A stretch of 32,000 nucleotides of DNA from Candidatus Saccharimonadota bacterium (GCF_002214165.1 NZ_CP019964.1:920258-952257); one strand, 5' to 3'. Shown: positions 16,119-25,456, counted from the stretch's first letter. The notes: generated from the letters alone by a model not told the origin. Made by a program: numbers and translations.

Positions 16119-16712
16119 ATGAAAGATATAGAAGGCAAAAAGGTTTACGAGACACCAGATGAAATAATGGACAAATCACATACAGCATTAATAGTTTGGG
16201 ATGTACAGAACATGCTTGTAAATTCAATATTTAACAAGGAAGAATTCCTCAAAAATGTCAATGCACTGATAAGCAGGGCAAGAGAAGCAAAAATGCCCAT
16301 TATATATACAAGGATAACCCCGCTCTCCAAAAAGTTCCAGCCAAAGCCGAGCCTTGCTTCAAACAGAAGTTTTGACGGCATGCCAAAGGACGCACTCGAG
16401 TTGGCTGTTACACCTTCGGAAGACGAGGTGGTAATACACAAGAATACCGCAAGCCTTTTCATAGGAACGAATGCGGAGATGCTGCTGAGAAATGCAGGTG
16501 TGGAATCATTGATATTCACGGGGATCGCAACTGAATATGGGGTAGAATCTAGCGCAAGGGAAGCGGTAAACAGAGGTTTCTATGTAGTAGTAGCAAACGA
16601 CGCGGTATCCTCACAGGACAAGGAATCACACGAGAGATCTCTATTAAACATGCAGAGATTGATAAAAGAACTGCCAACATCAGAGATATTGAAGGCAATT
16701 GGGGAAGAGTGA
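16119..16712 (+). CDS. Isochorismatase-family hydrolase
   Basis: 'TALIVWDVQN' (catalytic Asp), 'VVIHKNTASLF' (Lys), 'LIFTGIATEYGVESSAREA'. The usual nucleophile Cys position reads Gly. Confidence 0.8.
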   Translation: MKDIEGKKVYETPDEIMDKSHTALIVWDVQNMLVNSIFNKEEFLKNVNALISRAREAKMPIIYTRITPLSKKFQPKPSLASNRSFDGMPKDALELAVTPSEDEVVIHKNTASLFIGTNAEMLLRNAGVESLIFTGIATEYGVESSAREAVNRGFYVVVANDAVSSQDKESHERSLLNMQRLIKELPTSEILKAIGEE

Positions 16713-16713
16713 A

Positions 16714-17286
16714 TCAAAATCTCTCATACATTTCATAACTTTTATTTTTGTCTATTAATTTTCTTATTTTCCTGCTTATTGCATTTTCGGAATGTTTCAT
16801 CTGTTCCTTGTTATTCAGAAACTTATCAATTACCCATATTGTGCTGAACTGCTTTATCTCATTTATAAGATTCTCATCAAGGCTCTTGTAGGTTTTATCA
16901 GGCATTATGAATATCAAGGAAAAATTAGTGTATTCATTGCAGAACTTTTTCAATTTCCTTACATAATCATTACCAAAATAAACATGGGGCTCCAGTATTA
17001 CCTGCCTCCTTCCAACAAACATATCAGTTATGAAATCTGGCTTGTAACCACCATAAGTTGCAAATTCATAATAAGCATCTCTGTGATTGTCCTGAAGTGC
17101 TTTTGAAACAGCTTCCTCCCTATAATCCTTAATATATCCGCTCAGGTTATTGCCTTCATTGATCCTCCTGTGTATCTCATGATTGTTTATTGAATGCACA
17201 TCATTCTGGTATATGTCAACAGGAAATACTTGAATATATAAATTTTTATCATTTGGTACATTTTTATACTTCATAATATCCACCAC
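16714..17286 (-). CDS. Hypothetical protein, paralog A (PD-(D/E)xK-like 'PDF...ILEPH' core)
   Basis: Shares 'YREEAV', 'AYYE', 'PDFIT', 'GRQVILEPH', 'NF.L.FI' and 'FS.IW' blocks with the neighbouring gene. A 20-nt identical DNA stretch (16988-17007 = 17628-17647) encodes RQVILEP. Confidence 0.55.
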   Translation of the reverse strand: MVDIMKYKNVPNDKNLYIQVFPVDIYQNDVHSINNHEIHRRINEGNNLSGYIKDYREEAVSKALQDNHRDAYYEFATYGGYKPDFITDMFVGRRQVILEPHVYFGNDYVRKLKKFCNEYTNFSLIFIMPDKTYKSLDENLINEIKQFSTIWVIDKFLNNKEQMKHSENAISRKIRKLIDKNKSYEMYERF

Positions 17287-17338
17287 AAATATTGCACATC
17301 TATCCCGATTAATAAAAAATTTAAACCTAAAGCCAAGA

Positions 17339-17971
17339 TTACCTTGAACTATCTCTGTTCCTTAAATATGCCTTGTAATCAAAGTCTCTATTGCGAAGTT
17401 CATTGATCTTCTCAAGTATCTGCCGAGTTGATTCCTCCAAACCCTCTTTCTGGTTCTTGAAATCCTTGACTATCCATATTTTGCTAAATCTCTTAAGCTC
17501 TTTTGTAATATGTTTGCTCAAATATCTATATTTATCACTCGATACTATAAAAACCAAATAAAAATTGGGGTATTCTCTAGTGAATTTATCCATTTTTGAG
17601 ACGTAATTCCTGTCAAAAACCTCGTGTGGCTCCAGTATTACCTGCCTGCCCTTGAAGTAAATATTAGTTATAAAATCCGGAAAATAGCTGTTTTTCTCAT
17701 TTATGCGATATTTTTTATGTTCATAATATGCATTTGCACCAGCCATAAGCAGTGCATCCTTTACAGCCTCCTCCCTATAATTCTTAAGAAGTCCATTTTT
17801 AAGGTTTTTAATTGAACTATCGTAAGGATCAGTATTATAAATAGAATGCTCATTGTCTTTATCTATGCGCACAAGAGAATCGTAAAGCCTTTCTTTTTGC
17901 TTGGATCCCCTTATACCATACATAATAATTAAACGAAAAGAACTTATAAAAACCTTTTGCAGACTGTTCAA
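17339..17971 (-). CDS. Hypothetical protein, paralog B (PD-(D/E)xK-like 'PDF...ILEPH' core)
   Basis: Colinear similarity to 16714..17286 over most of its length, with a divergent N-terminus and a 6-residue insertion before 'PDFIT'. Confidence 0.55.
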   Translation of the reverse strand: MNSLQKVFISSFRLIIMYGIRGSKQKERLYDSLVRIDKDNEHSIYNTDPYDSSIKNLKNGLLKNYREEAVKDALLMAGANAYYEHKKYRINEKNSYFPDFITNIYFKGRQVILEPHEVFDRNYVSKMDKFTREYPNFYLVFIVSSDKYRYLSKHITKELKRFSKIWIVKDFKNQKEGLEESTRQILEKINELRNRDFDYKAYLRNRDSSR

Positions 17972-18096
17972 AAACCTTTACTGGATTTCCAATGCCCTTT
18001 CAATAATCTAGAATTAATAATTATCTTTTAAGCCAAATAAACTGCTATAATCAAGCAGTATTTATATTTTCACGCTAAATTATACAATGTGAGATC

Positions 18097-19161
18097 ATGG
18101 TCCAAAATTCTGATAAACCTTCAGTAAATGCGTCGACAAATGCTGCCCCTGGCTATTATTATATATATAAAAGCAGCAAGAGCATGACTGCAAATTCCGC
18201 GCTAGCAATAATTATAGGGATAATAATATCTGTGATATTCTTTTTTATAGCATATGCAGCGACTTCCAGCACTACTTCCGGGATTATAGCATTTGCAATT
18301 GTACTTATTATATACCTTCTAATGAGCATAAAAGTGCTGCAGGAGTGGAAAAGAGCACCAATACTTTCATTGGGAAAGTACAAAGGCACATATGGGCCAG
18401 GATTGTTCTTCATAATACCGCTGATCCAGAAAATGCCTTACAAGTTTGATCTTAGGACATTTTCTGCCACTTTCTCCGCAGAGAAAACTTTGACTCAGGA
18501 CAACGTTGGAGTTGACGTAGATGCAATAATGTTCACAAGGATAGAAAATCCGGAAAAGACCGCTTTGCAGGTGAACGACATGCAGCAGTCTGTTTCGTTA
18601 GCGGCACAGACCGCCCTTAGGGATGTTATAGGGAAAGTTGAACTAAGCAAGATGATAGTTGGCAGGAGTGAGATAGCCGCACAGGTAAAATCACTGATAG
18701 ACCAAAGGGTATCCCCTTGGGGTGTTGATGTTATTTCTGTTGAGATTAGGGATGTAAAGATACCAGACGATCTACAAGACGCGATGGCAAAGGTTGCAAT
18801 AGCCTCAAGGGAGCGCGATGCAAGAGTAATACTTGCGGAATCGGAGAAGCTAGCCGCAGTGAACATGGTAGCGGCAGCCCAGACCTACAATTCCAACATA
18901 TATGCAATGCAGTTGAGAGCGCTAAACATGCTTTATGAAATAGGGATAAGCGGCAGAAATCACCTAATATTCATACCAACCGAGTCAAGGGGGCTTGGCA
19001 TACCAACACCAGTTGGTGTATTGGGTATAGATAAACTGGCAGGTATAGGTGACGTGGGCGATCCAAACTCGTCCAAAAGCAGCGATAACAAGGACAATGC
19101 CAATGATGACAAAAGTGGCGGTTCAAGCATACCAAAACCCCAAAAGAAAAATAAAAGCTAA
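18097..19161 (+). CDS. SPFH/band-7 (stomatin/prohibitin-like) membrane protein
   Basis: N-terminal hydrophobic hairpin, then 'LQEWKRAPILSLGKY', 'DVDAIMFTRI', 'ALRDVIGK', 'WGVDVISVEIRDVKIPDDLQDAMA' and the Ala-rich helix typical of stomatins. Confidence 0.9.
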   Translation: MVQNSDKPSVNASTNAAPGYYYIYKSSKSMTANSALAIIIGIIISVIFFFIAYAATSSTTSGIIAFAIVLIIYLLMSIKVLQEWKRAPILSLGKYKGTYGPGLFFIIPLIQKMPYKFDLRTFSATFSAEKTLTQDNVGVDVDAIMFTRIENPEKTALQVNDMQQSVSLAAQTALRDVIGKVELSKMIVGRSEIAAQVKSLIDQRVSPWGVDVISVEIRDVKIPDDLQDAMAKVAIASRERDARVILAESEKLAAVNMVAAAQTYNSNIYAMQLRALNMLYEIGISGRNHLIFIPTESRGLGIPTPVGVLGIDKLAGIGDVGDPNSSKSSDNKDNANDDKSGGSSIPKPQKKNKS

Positions 19162-19253
19162 AGACAAGAAATAATAATCTAAAATAAACAATAGAAAGCA
19201 GCAGATATTTTTTGCACATTTGCCTTTTGGCAGCTGCGATTGTGGTGATATAC

Positions 19254-19640
19254 ATGGAAGATAACGAATTTGAAAAATTGACTTTGGATTATCAAAAAGT
19301 AGAAGAGCAGCTTCAGAACCTAAAGATACAGTTGGAGCAGTACAAGCTTCAATCAAATGATCTGTCACAAGCAAAGTCCGAAGTTGAAAAGTCTACGGGG
19401 AAGGTCTATTCCTCAATAGGGGGTGTCATAATAGAAGCAACCAAGGATTCCGCATTGTCAGAAATAAAGGACAAGGAAGAATCAATAAACCTGCGCTCAT
19501 CCCTGCTTTCAAAGCAAATAAGCGAGCTGGAGAAGAAGGAGGCAACCCTTAAAAGCCGTGCCGATGAACTGCTAAAGGAGGCAAGGGAAAACGAAAAGAA
19601 GCAGGGCATGGGAGGAGTTAGCGTAAATATGCCAAAGTGA
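19254..19640 (+). CDS. pfdB: Prefoldin beta subunit
   Basis: Coiled-coil / beta-hairpin / coiled-coil layout: 'QKVEEQLQNLKIQLEQYKLQ...', 'VYSSIGGVIIEATKDSALSEIKDKEESI', '...ELEKKEATLKS'. ATG at 19254 follows a GGTGA SD; the track start at 19212 is less plausible. Confidence 0.8.
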   Translation: MEDNEFEKLTLDYQKVEEQLQNLKIQLEQYKLQSNDLSQAKSEVEKSTGKVYSSIGGVIIEATKDSALSEIKDKEESINLRSSLLSKQISELEKKEATLKSRADELLKEARENEKKQGMGGVSVNMPK

Positions 19641-19653
19641 ATCCTTTAAGGTC

Positions 19654-20991
19654 GTGAAGATGAAAATAGGCATCGTATCTGATATGCACCTGGGTTACAG
19701 CCGATTTGAAGAAGATGCTTTCAGGCAAGCAAAATTTGCCCTTTCGGAAGCGGCTTCAATGTCGGATGTAATAATAATGCCTGGAGATATATTTGATTTC
19801 AGGTTCCCTAAGCCAAACATAATAGCCCAAGCAATAAAGATCCTAAGGCCACTGATGGAAAGGGAATGGCCAGCAAAGATAGACTCTTTCAGCGGAGCAA
19901 ATCCGATATACACCACGCTCCCAATCCTTGCAATACCCGGCACGCATGAGAGAACTGCAGTAGGAAAGGAGAATCCATTGAACTTGCTTAGCCTGGCAGG
20001 CATTGTAGCAGATATAAGTGAGGGCACCGCAGTAATCAGCAAAGGAGACGAAAAAGTAGCCGTATACGGATTAGGAGGCATATCAGATGATAAGGTAAAG
20101 GAGAGGCTAAAAGAGCTTGATCCAAAGCCCACCAAAGGAATGTTCAATATATTCGTGATGCACCAATCTGTATATGATTTCATGCCATTCAGCACGGATT
20201 TCCTGAAGCTGGATGACCTGCCTGAAGGATTCGATTTATACATAGACGGGCATATACACAACAAGATTGAGAGTAAGGTGTACGGGAAACCTTTCTTAAT
20301 ACCTGGAAGCACGGTGCTTACGCAGCTAAAGGAATCTGAGCAGGATTCCAAAGGTTTTCTATTATACGACACCGAACTGGACAGTTACCAATTCATAAAC
20401 ATACCATCAAGGCCGTTCATGATAAAGACATTGAAGTTCAGCAAGTCCAATTCCGATTACGTCTACAAGAAATGTGACGAAACTATAAATTCAATGCTGA
20501 ATGCATACTTGGGCAGACCTAATCTCCCAACCGAAGGCAAAATCCCAAAGCCTATGAAACCAATCGTAAGGCTGGTCCTAGAAGGGACAATAGAAGCCGG
20601 AACTTCAATATCTAGCCTGAATCTCCGTTCCTTAGTGGGCAAGTATTCGGACTCCGCGCATCTCGAGATAGACTCGAAGCTGTCAAGTGAGAACTTAGAA
20701 GAAGAATTAAGCCTGATAAGAAAGAGCCAATCAGATAATAATATGTCTATAAAGGACTTGGGAATGGAAATGCTTAAAAAGAACTCTGAGGCCCTGGATA
20801 TTAAAGACTTGGACGTAACAGAGCTTTTTGAAATACTGGATGAAGAATTCCCGCCCAACAAAAAGCAGGAGCTTTCAGAAAAGGTAATGGAATTATTCAC
20901 TAACAAAAAGCCAGAGGCACAAGCAGAGCCAAACAATACCTATCCGGACATGGCCCCAGAAAAAGGAAAGGATCAGAAAAAGCTCTTCTGA
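19654..20991 (+). CDS. mre11: Mre11-type DNA repair nuclease (calcineurin-like phosphoesterase)
   Basis: Motif I 'IVSDMHLG', II 'PGDIFD', III 'IPGTHERT..NPLNLL', IV 'VMHQ', V 'DGHIHN'. Long charged C-terminal region. ATG at 19660 is an alternative to GTG at 19654. Confidence 0.8.
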   Translation: MKMKIGIVSDMHLGYSRFEEDAFRQAKFALSEAASMSDVIIMPGDIFDFRFPKPNIIAQAIKILRPLMEREWPAKIDSFSGANPIYTTLPILAIPGTHERTAVGKENPLNLLSLAGIVADISEGTAVISKGDEKVAVYGLGGISDDKVKERLKELDPKPTKGMFNIFVMHQSVYDFMPFSTDFLKLDDLPEGFDLYIDGHIHNKIESKVYGKPFLIPGSTVLTQLKESEQDSKGFLLYDTELDSYQFINIPSRPFMIKTLKFSKSNSDYVYKKCDETINSMLNAYLGRPNLPTEGKIPKPMKPIVRLVLEGTIEAGTSISSLNLRSLVGKYSDSAHLEIDSKLSSENLEEELSLIRKSQSDNNMSIKDLGMEMLKKNSEALDIKDLDVTELFEILDEEFPPNKKQELSEKVMELFTNKKPEAQAEPNNTYPDMAPEKGKDQKKLF

Positions 20992-20999
20992 TAATGGAA

Positions 21000-21230
21000 T
21001 TACTCTTTCTTGTTAGATATACCCAATGTCCTATTCAGAAGATCCTTGTTTTCCACGTCAATCTTCGTATTTATGAATTCAAGATGCCTTATATTGCACC
21101 TCCTTTCCTTTGGCCTCTTTGATGTAACTATTTTGACAAATCCATCTTTTTCTATCGAAGTAATGACTGCCGCACTTCCTGCATCCCTGCCAAACTTCTT
21201 TACGCATACTCTGCCCACTTCTACTAACAT
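21000..21230 (-). CDS. rpl14e: 50S ribosomal protein L14e
   Basis: 'VEVGRVCVKKFGRDAGSAAVI...KIVTSKRPKERRCNIRHLE' is the KOW-type L14e signature; 76 aa. Confidence 0.85.
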   Translation of the reverse strand: MLVEVGRVCVKKFGRDAGSAAVITSIEKDGFVKIVTSKRPKERRCNIRHLEFINTKIDVENKDLLNRTLGISNKKE

Positions 21231-21279
21231 CTATATCATCTTTCAAACTTTTAAACATAACCAGCGACAAAGAACCGAA

Positions 21280-21603
21280 TCAATGTGAAACCAGCTGCAA
21301 TACAAAAGCCTTTTCCTTTATTCCTATGTCATCAAGCTTCATATCTCCCTGCTCTATGCGGCTTCTCATCGTAACTATCTTTGCTGTGCAATTGGCACAT
21401 AGAACTCCACCGAACAGCCTGCTGTTTGTTCTCCTGCTGCGGCCTCCTTTGAGATCTTGGTCTATACCATTTAGCTCTACTCCGCACAATCCGCAATGCG
21501 GAAGTGAATTTTTCTTTCTCTCATAATGTACAACTACCTTGCCAGTACTTGTGACTCTTTTCAACTTTCTAAAACTGTGGGATCTATGCATTGGTTTTGG
21601 CAT
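21280..21603 (-). CDS. rpl34e: 50S ribosomal protein L34e
   Basis: 'MPKPMHRSHSFRKLKRVTSTGKVVVHYERKK...CGLCGVELNG' is the L34e signature with a Cys pair. The start is taken at the MPKP Met (21603) rather than the track start at 21633. Confidence 0.85.
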   Translation of the reverse strand: MPKPMHRSHSFRKLKRVTSTGKVVVHYERKKNSLPHCGLCGVELNGIDQDLKGGRSRRTNSRLFGGVLCANCTAKIVTMRSRIEQGDMKLDDIGIKEKAFVLQLVSH

Positions 21604-21669
21604 CTTAAACACCTTAATTAAATAGAATTGCAAACATTATTTGTTCGTAACAATATATATTTATTTCTA

Positions 21670-22170
21670 TTAGATTTCCTTTTCTACTTTCTCTGCCAGC
21701 TTCTTGATATTCTTCCTGTCCCTTATTGCCATGTATATCGCTCCTACAATACCAAGTATCAATATGGTTGCCCAGAATAGGGTATGATAGTTCAAGGGCA
21801 TTATAAAGTAGACTGTTGCATCAATGTAATTTGGGGCTATCGCTTTGTATATATATGGTAGAATCAAGTCGTAAATTGCAAAGAACAATATCAATGAGGG
21901 GATTGCAGATTTTATTGAAAAACTCATATTCTCGCTCATTAACGGCATCATCTCCTTCTGCTTGTTCATAAGCTCCTCCTGTGAAGCCTTATTCTTTACC
22001 ATCTCCTTCATATCGCTCTGGAATTTCTTCATTTTCATCTGGCTTCTGTACATTTTCTCTTCGTCTATAAAGACCTTGCGCTGCAGGTAGATGCTTACGA
22101 TTACATCTAAAACTCCTATCGCTATAACGACCAATTCTGCATAAAGCGGCATTACTACCAAATCTATCAC
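21670..22170 (-). CDS. DUF106/EMC3-TMCO1-like membrane protein (archaeal Oxa1/YidC-superfamily insertase candidate)
   Basis: TM1, then a Lys/Met/Glu-rich coiled coil ('MKMKKFQSDMKEMVKNKASQEELMNKQKEMMPLMSENM'), then two more TMs. Conserved position between adk and L34e as in other archaea. The GTG start overlaps the adk stop (GTGA). Confidence 0.65.
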   Translation of the reverse strand: MIDLVVMPLYAELVVIAIGVLDVIVSIYLQRKVFIDEEKMYRSQMKMKKFQSDMKEMVKNKASQEELMNKQKEMMPLMSENMSFSIKSAIPSLILFFAIYDLILPYIYKAIAPNYIDATVYFIMPLNYHTLFWATILILGIVGAIYMAIRDRKNIKKLAEKVEKEI

Positions 22171-22751
22171 TGCTGTTCCAAATCTATCATGTCCAGTATC
22201 TTTTTCATCCTTCTTATTGATTCTGAAACTTTATCATGCTTATTATTTAACATATATACAGGTATATTCAAATAAGACATATAAAAGCTTAATGTCGAAA
22301 TGTTGAAATCTCTTTGCATATTGAGCATGTACTCATCATCGTCTTCCCTCTTCCTGCTCTTGTCCAAGCTCCTCCTGTACAGTATCTCTTCAGGCGCAGC
22401 ATCTATATAAATAACGCTTTTGATATGCTTCATAAGCTCTGTCTCATAAGGCAACCCTGTTATGAATTTTCCCTCCCTCTCTATGCTGGAATGGGTGTCA
22501 ACCAGAATCTTGCCCTCCATTTCAATTATCTTTTCAAATGTCCTGTCCCTTATATGATCTATCTCGCTTTCCTTCAGGTACCTTATCTTGTCCCTGTCAA
22601 TTCCTTCCTTATAAATTTCCTCCGTAGTTTTTTTCATTATTGTGCCAACATTAACGTACTTGTAGTCCTTGTAGCCTTCAACTCCATCTAAAATGGTCGT
22701 TTTCCCACTGCCTGGTATTCCAAGAACTAAGATTACGCTTTTGTTTTCCAT
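22167..22751 (-). CDS. adkA: Adenylate kinase, archaeal type
   Basis: P-loop 'VLGIPGSGKTT', 'DRDKIRYL', 'LVDTHSSI...GLP', 'EILYRRSLDKSRKRED'; collinear with archaeal AdkA. Confidence 0.85.
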   Translation of the reverse strand: MENKSVILVLGIPGSGKTTILDGVEGYKDYKYVNVGTIMKKTTEEIYKEGIDRDKIRYLKESEIDHIRDRTFEKIIEMEGKILVDTHSSIEREGKFITGLPYETELMKHIKSVIYIDAAPEEILYRRSLDKSRKREDDDEYMLNMQRDFNISTLSFYMSYLNIPVYMLNNKHDKVSESIRRMKKILDMIDLEQQ

Positions 22752-22811
22752 AATATCAAAGAAAATTAGTATGCAAAAACTTAAAAAACTTCAAAAAATC
22801 AAACTTTAAAT

Positions 22812-24461
22812 TTACTCCATCGGCTCTCCCATGCCTCCTTGAGGCATTCCGCCTGGGCCGCCTTTGCTCCTGGAGCTTATCATGTCGTCTATCCTAAGTA
22901 TCATGTCTGCAGCTTCGCTTGCACTGTATATCTCTTGGACTTTCATCTTTGTAGGTTCTACAACACCAGCTTCAAGCATGTTGTTTATGGCTCCCTTGTA
23001 TACATCTACTCCATATGACTTGCCCTCTTTGCTTTTATGCTTGCTCCTTATCTGGACTATTGTGTCTATAGGGTCCATTCCTGCGGACTGTGCGAGAACT
23101 TCGGGTATCTGTTCAAGTGCATCTGCGAATTTCTGTATCGCAAGCTGCTCCCTTCCTCCTATCTCGCTTGCATAAGCTCTAAGCTGCTCGGCCACTTCTG
23201 TCTCAGTAGAGCCTCCTCCAACAACGTATCTGCCATCCTCTATTGCAGTTGTGAGTGCTCCAAGAAGATCTGTTATTGAGCGGTCGACTTCGTCTATCAC
23301 CTGCTGCGATCCTCCTCTTATGAATATGCTGACGCTCTTAGGGTCCTTGCACTTCTCCACAAAAATCATCTGCTCTCCGCTTATCTTCCTTTCCTCGATT
23401 ATACCGGCAAAGCCAAGGTCGCTTGCACTCAGGTCATCAAGGCTGGTTACCATCTTTGCTCCGGTAGCCTTCGCAAGCTTCTCCATGTCGCTCCTCTTTA
23501 TCCTTCTTGCAGCCATTATTCCTGCTTTTGCCATGTAATGCTGTGCAACATCATCAATCCCTTTCTGTGTAAATACCACATTTGCGCCACTCTTTGCAAT
23601 CTTGTCTACCATTTCCTTAAGCATTTTCTCTTCCTGCTGCAGGAATGACTGCATTTGATCTGGCGAGGTTATCTCTATCCTTGCATCAGTCTCTGTCTTC
23701 TCTATCTCAAGAGCTACATCCAAAAGAGCAATCTTTCCATCAGACACTTTCTTAGGCATCTGTGGATGTGCAATTTCTTTGTCTATAAGTACGCCATTGA
23801 TTAGCTCTGTATTTGCTACGCTCGCTCCGGCCTTCTTCTCCACTTTTATGAAGTCCTTGTCCACATAGATTTTTCCATCTTGGTCCTTTGTCATAACTTG
23901 CTTTATCGCATTTATTGCAATCTCTGTGATATGCTTCTTTGTGTCTTCATTGCCTATGTTCTTTGAACCTTCAGCAACCATACCTATCTTTTCCAGTGTC
24001 TTTGTATCATTTATGTTTATTTTCTCGGAAATTCCATTCAGTATCTCTTCGGCCTTTTCAGCTGCCATCTTGTACCCTCTTATTATTATTGTAGGGTGTA
24101 TTCCCTGTTCTATCAAATCGTCAGCACCTTTCAAGAAAGAGCCTGCCATTATGATAACGCTTGTAGTTCCATCTCCAACTTCTGTATCCTGTGTTTTTGC
24201 TACGTCAACCATTATCTTGGCCACGGGATGCTCCACATTCATCTCTTCCAAGATTGTAGCGCCGTCATTTGTTATGGTAATGTCTCCGAGATCGCTGACC
24301 AACATCTTGTCCATTCCTTTTGGCCCTAATGTTGTCTTTACCGCATTTGCCACTGCAATTGCAACAGCTATGTTTGTTCTCTGTGCATCTCTTCCCATTA
24401 ACCTATCTGATCCTTCCGGCAATAACAATACTCTTTGTCCGTTGAAATTATTTTCTGCCAT
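22812..24461 (-). CDS. ths: Thermosome subunit (group II chaperonin)
   Basis: '[13 protein letters not shown]', '[12 protein letters not shown]', 'VGDGTTSV', 'VVGGGSTE' and a C-terminal Gly/Met-rich tail; 549 aa. GGTGA SD before the ATG. Confidence 0.95.
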   Translation of the reverse strand: MAENNFNGQRVLLLPEGSDRLMGRDAQRTNIAVAIAVANAVKTTLGPKGMDKMLVSDLGDITITNDGATILEEMNVEHPVAKIMVDVAKTQDTEVGDGTTSVIIMAGSFLKGADDLIEQGIHPTIIIRGYKMAAEKAEEILNGISEKININDTKTLEKIGMVAEGSKNIGNEDTKKHITEIAINAIKQVMTKDQDGKIYVDKDFIKVEKKAGASVANTELINGVLIDKEIAHPQMPKKVSDGKIALLDVALEIEKTETDARIEITSPDQMQSFLQQEEKMLKEMVDKIAKSGANVVFTQKGIDDVAQHYMAKAGIMAARRIKRSDMEKLAKATGAKMVTSLDDLSASDLGFAGIIEERKISGEQMIFVEKCKDPKSVSIFIRGGSQQVIDEVDRSITDLLGALTTAIEDGRYVVGGGSTETEVAEQLRAYASEIGGREQLAIQKFADALEQIPEVLAQSAGMDPIDTIVQIRSKHKSKEGKSYGVDVYKGAINNMLEAGVVEPTKMKVQEIYSASEAADMILRIDDMISSRSKGGPGGMPQGGMGEPME

Positions 24462-24637
24462 TTGTTCACCTTTTAATTGTTTAAGTACAAGTAAAGTCCT
24501 AATTACCTTTAAATTAAGGCTATAATATAAGCAATACTATTATTACTATTAAATATTTAAATATTATTTGTTTTTATAATCGCCAAAGGGGCTTACCAAG
24601 AAAGAAAATAAATTTTATAATATTATTTTAGCTGCAT

Positions 24638-25456
24638 TCACTTGGTGATATATAGTTTTATTATCTTATCTGCAAGCATATAAAATTCATCCTTTATCTT
24701 TCCATCCGACTCTATTGCAACCTTTCCGGAATCGCTGAAGTGATTAAATTTTTCATCATACCCTATATTGGCCAATATATCCGTATTCAGCTTGTTTGAC
24801 ACCTCATTGGTAAATCTTGCATCATAATCCCTTGACATGTTTTCAACTATGCCTAAAATAGGAATCCCCAACCGTTTAGCCATCAGTCCAGACCTTACGG
24901 AGTTTTCCCCCGATATCTTTTGCGGAGTCGTCACAAGCACGAACCCAGTCAGATCAAGCAACTGCATTATAGAGAGCGGAGCATCAGAAGTGCCTGGAGG
25001 AAGGTCTATTATAAGAAAATCCAAATCCCCCCAATCGGTATTGAGCAGGAAGTCATCTATCATTTTAGCTATTATTGGCCCCCTCCATATAATCGGCTTT
25101 TCAATATCTCCAACCAGCATCCCAGTAGAAGATATCTTTATCCCATCCTTTTCAAAAGTTCTTAGTGGAAGCCGTGTCGCATTTATCTTATCCGTTATTC
25201 CAAGGAATAAAGGTATATTTGGACAATCTATATCAGCATCAAGCAGCCCGACCTTATACCCTTTGTCCTTGAGCGCATAAGCAAGGTTAACCGAAACGGT
25301 TGTTTTCCCAACCCCCCCTTTAGCGCTATAGACACCTATTTTATAACGTATACTGCTTAATTTTTTCTTTATAGCCTGCTTCTTATCAAATACTCCTGCA
25401 AATGAAGGATGCATAGGTATTGTTTTATCTTCTGAATTGTCTATCAAATCTGCCAT
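24638..25456 (-). CDS. Mrp/NBP35/ApbC-family P-loop ATPase (Fe-S cluster carrier)
   Basis: Deviant Walker A 'SAKGGVGKTTVSVNLA', 'GLLDADIDCPNIP', 'DFLIIDLPPGTSD', 'ILGIVENMS'. Confidence 0.9.
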   Translation of the reverse strand: MADLIDNSEDKTIPMHPSFAGVFDKKQAIKKKLSSIRYKIGVYSAKGGVGKTTVSVNLAYALKDKGYKVGLLDADIDCPNIPLFLGITDKINATRLPLRTFEKDGIKISSTGMLVGDIEKPIIWRGPIIAKMIDDFLLNTDWGDLDFLIIDLPPGTSDAPLSIMQLLDLTGFVLVTTPQKISGENSVRSGLMAKRLGIPILGIVENMSRDYDARFTNEVSNKLNTDILANIGYDEKFNHFSDSGKVAIESDGKIKDEFYMLADKIIKLYITK

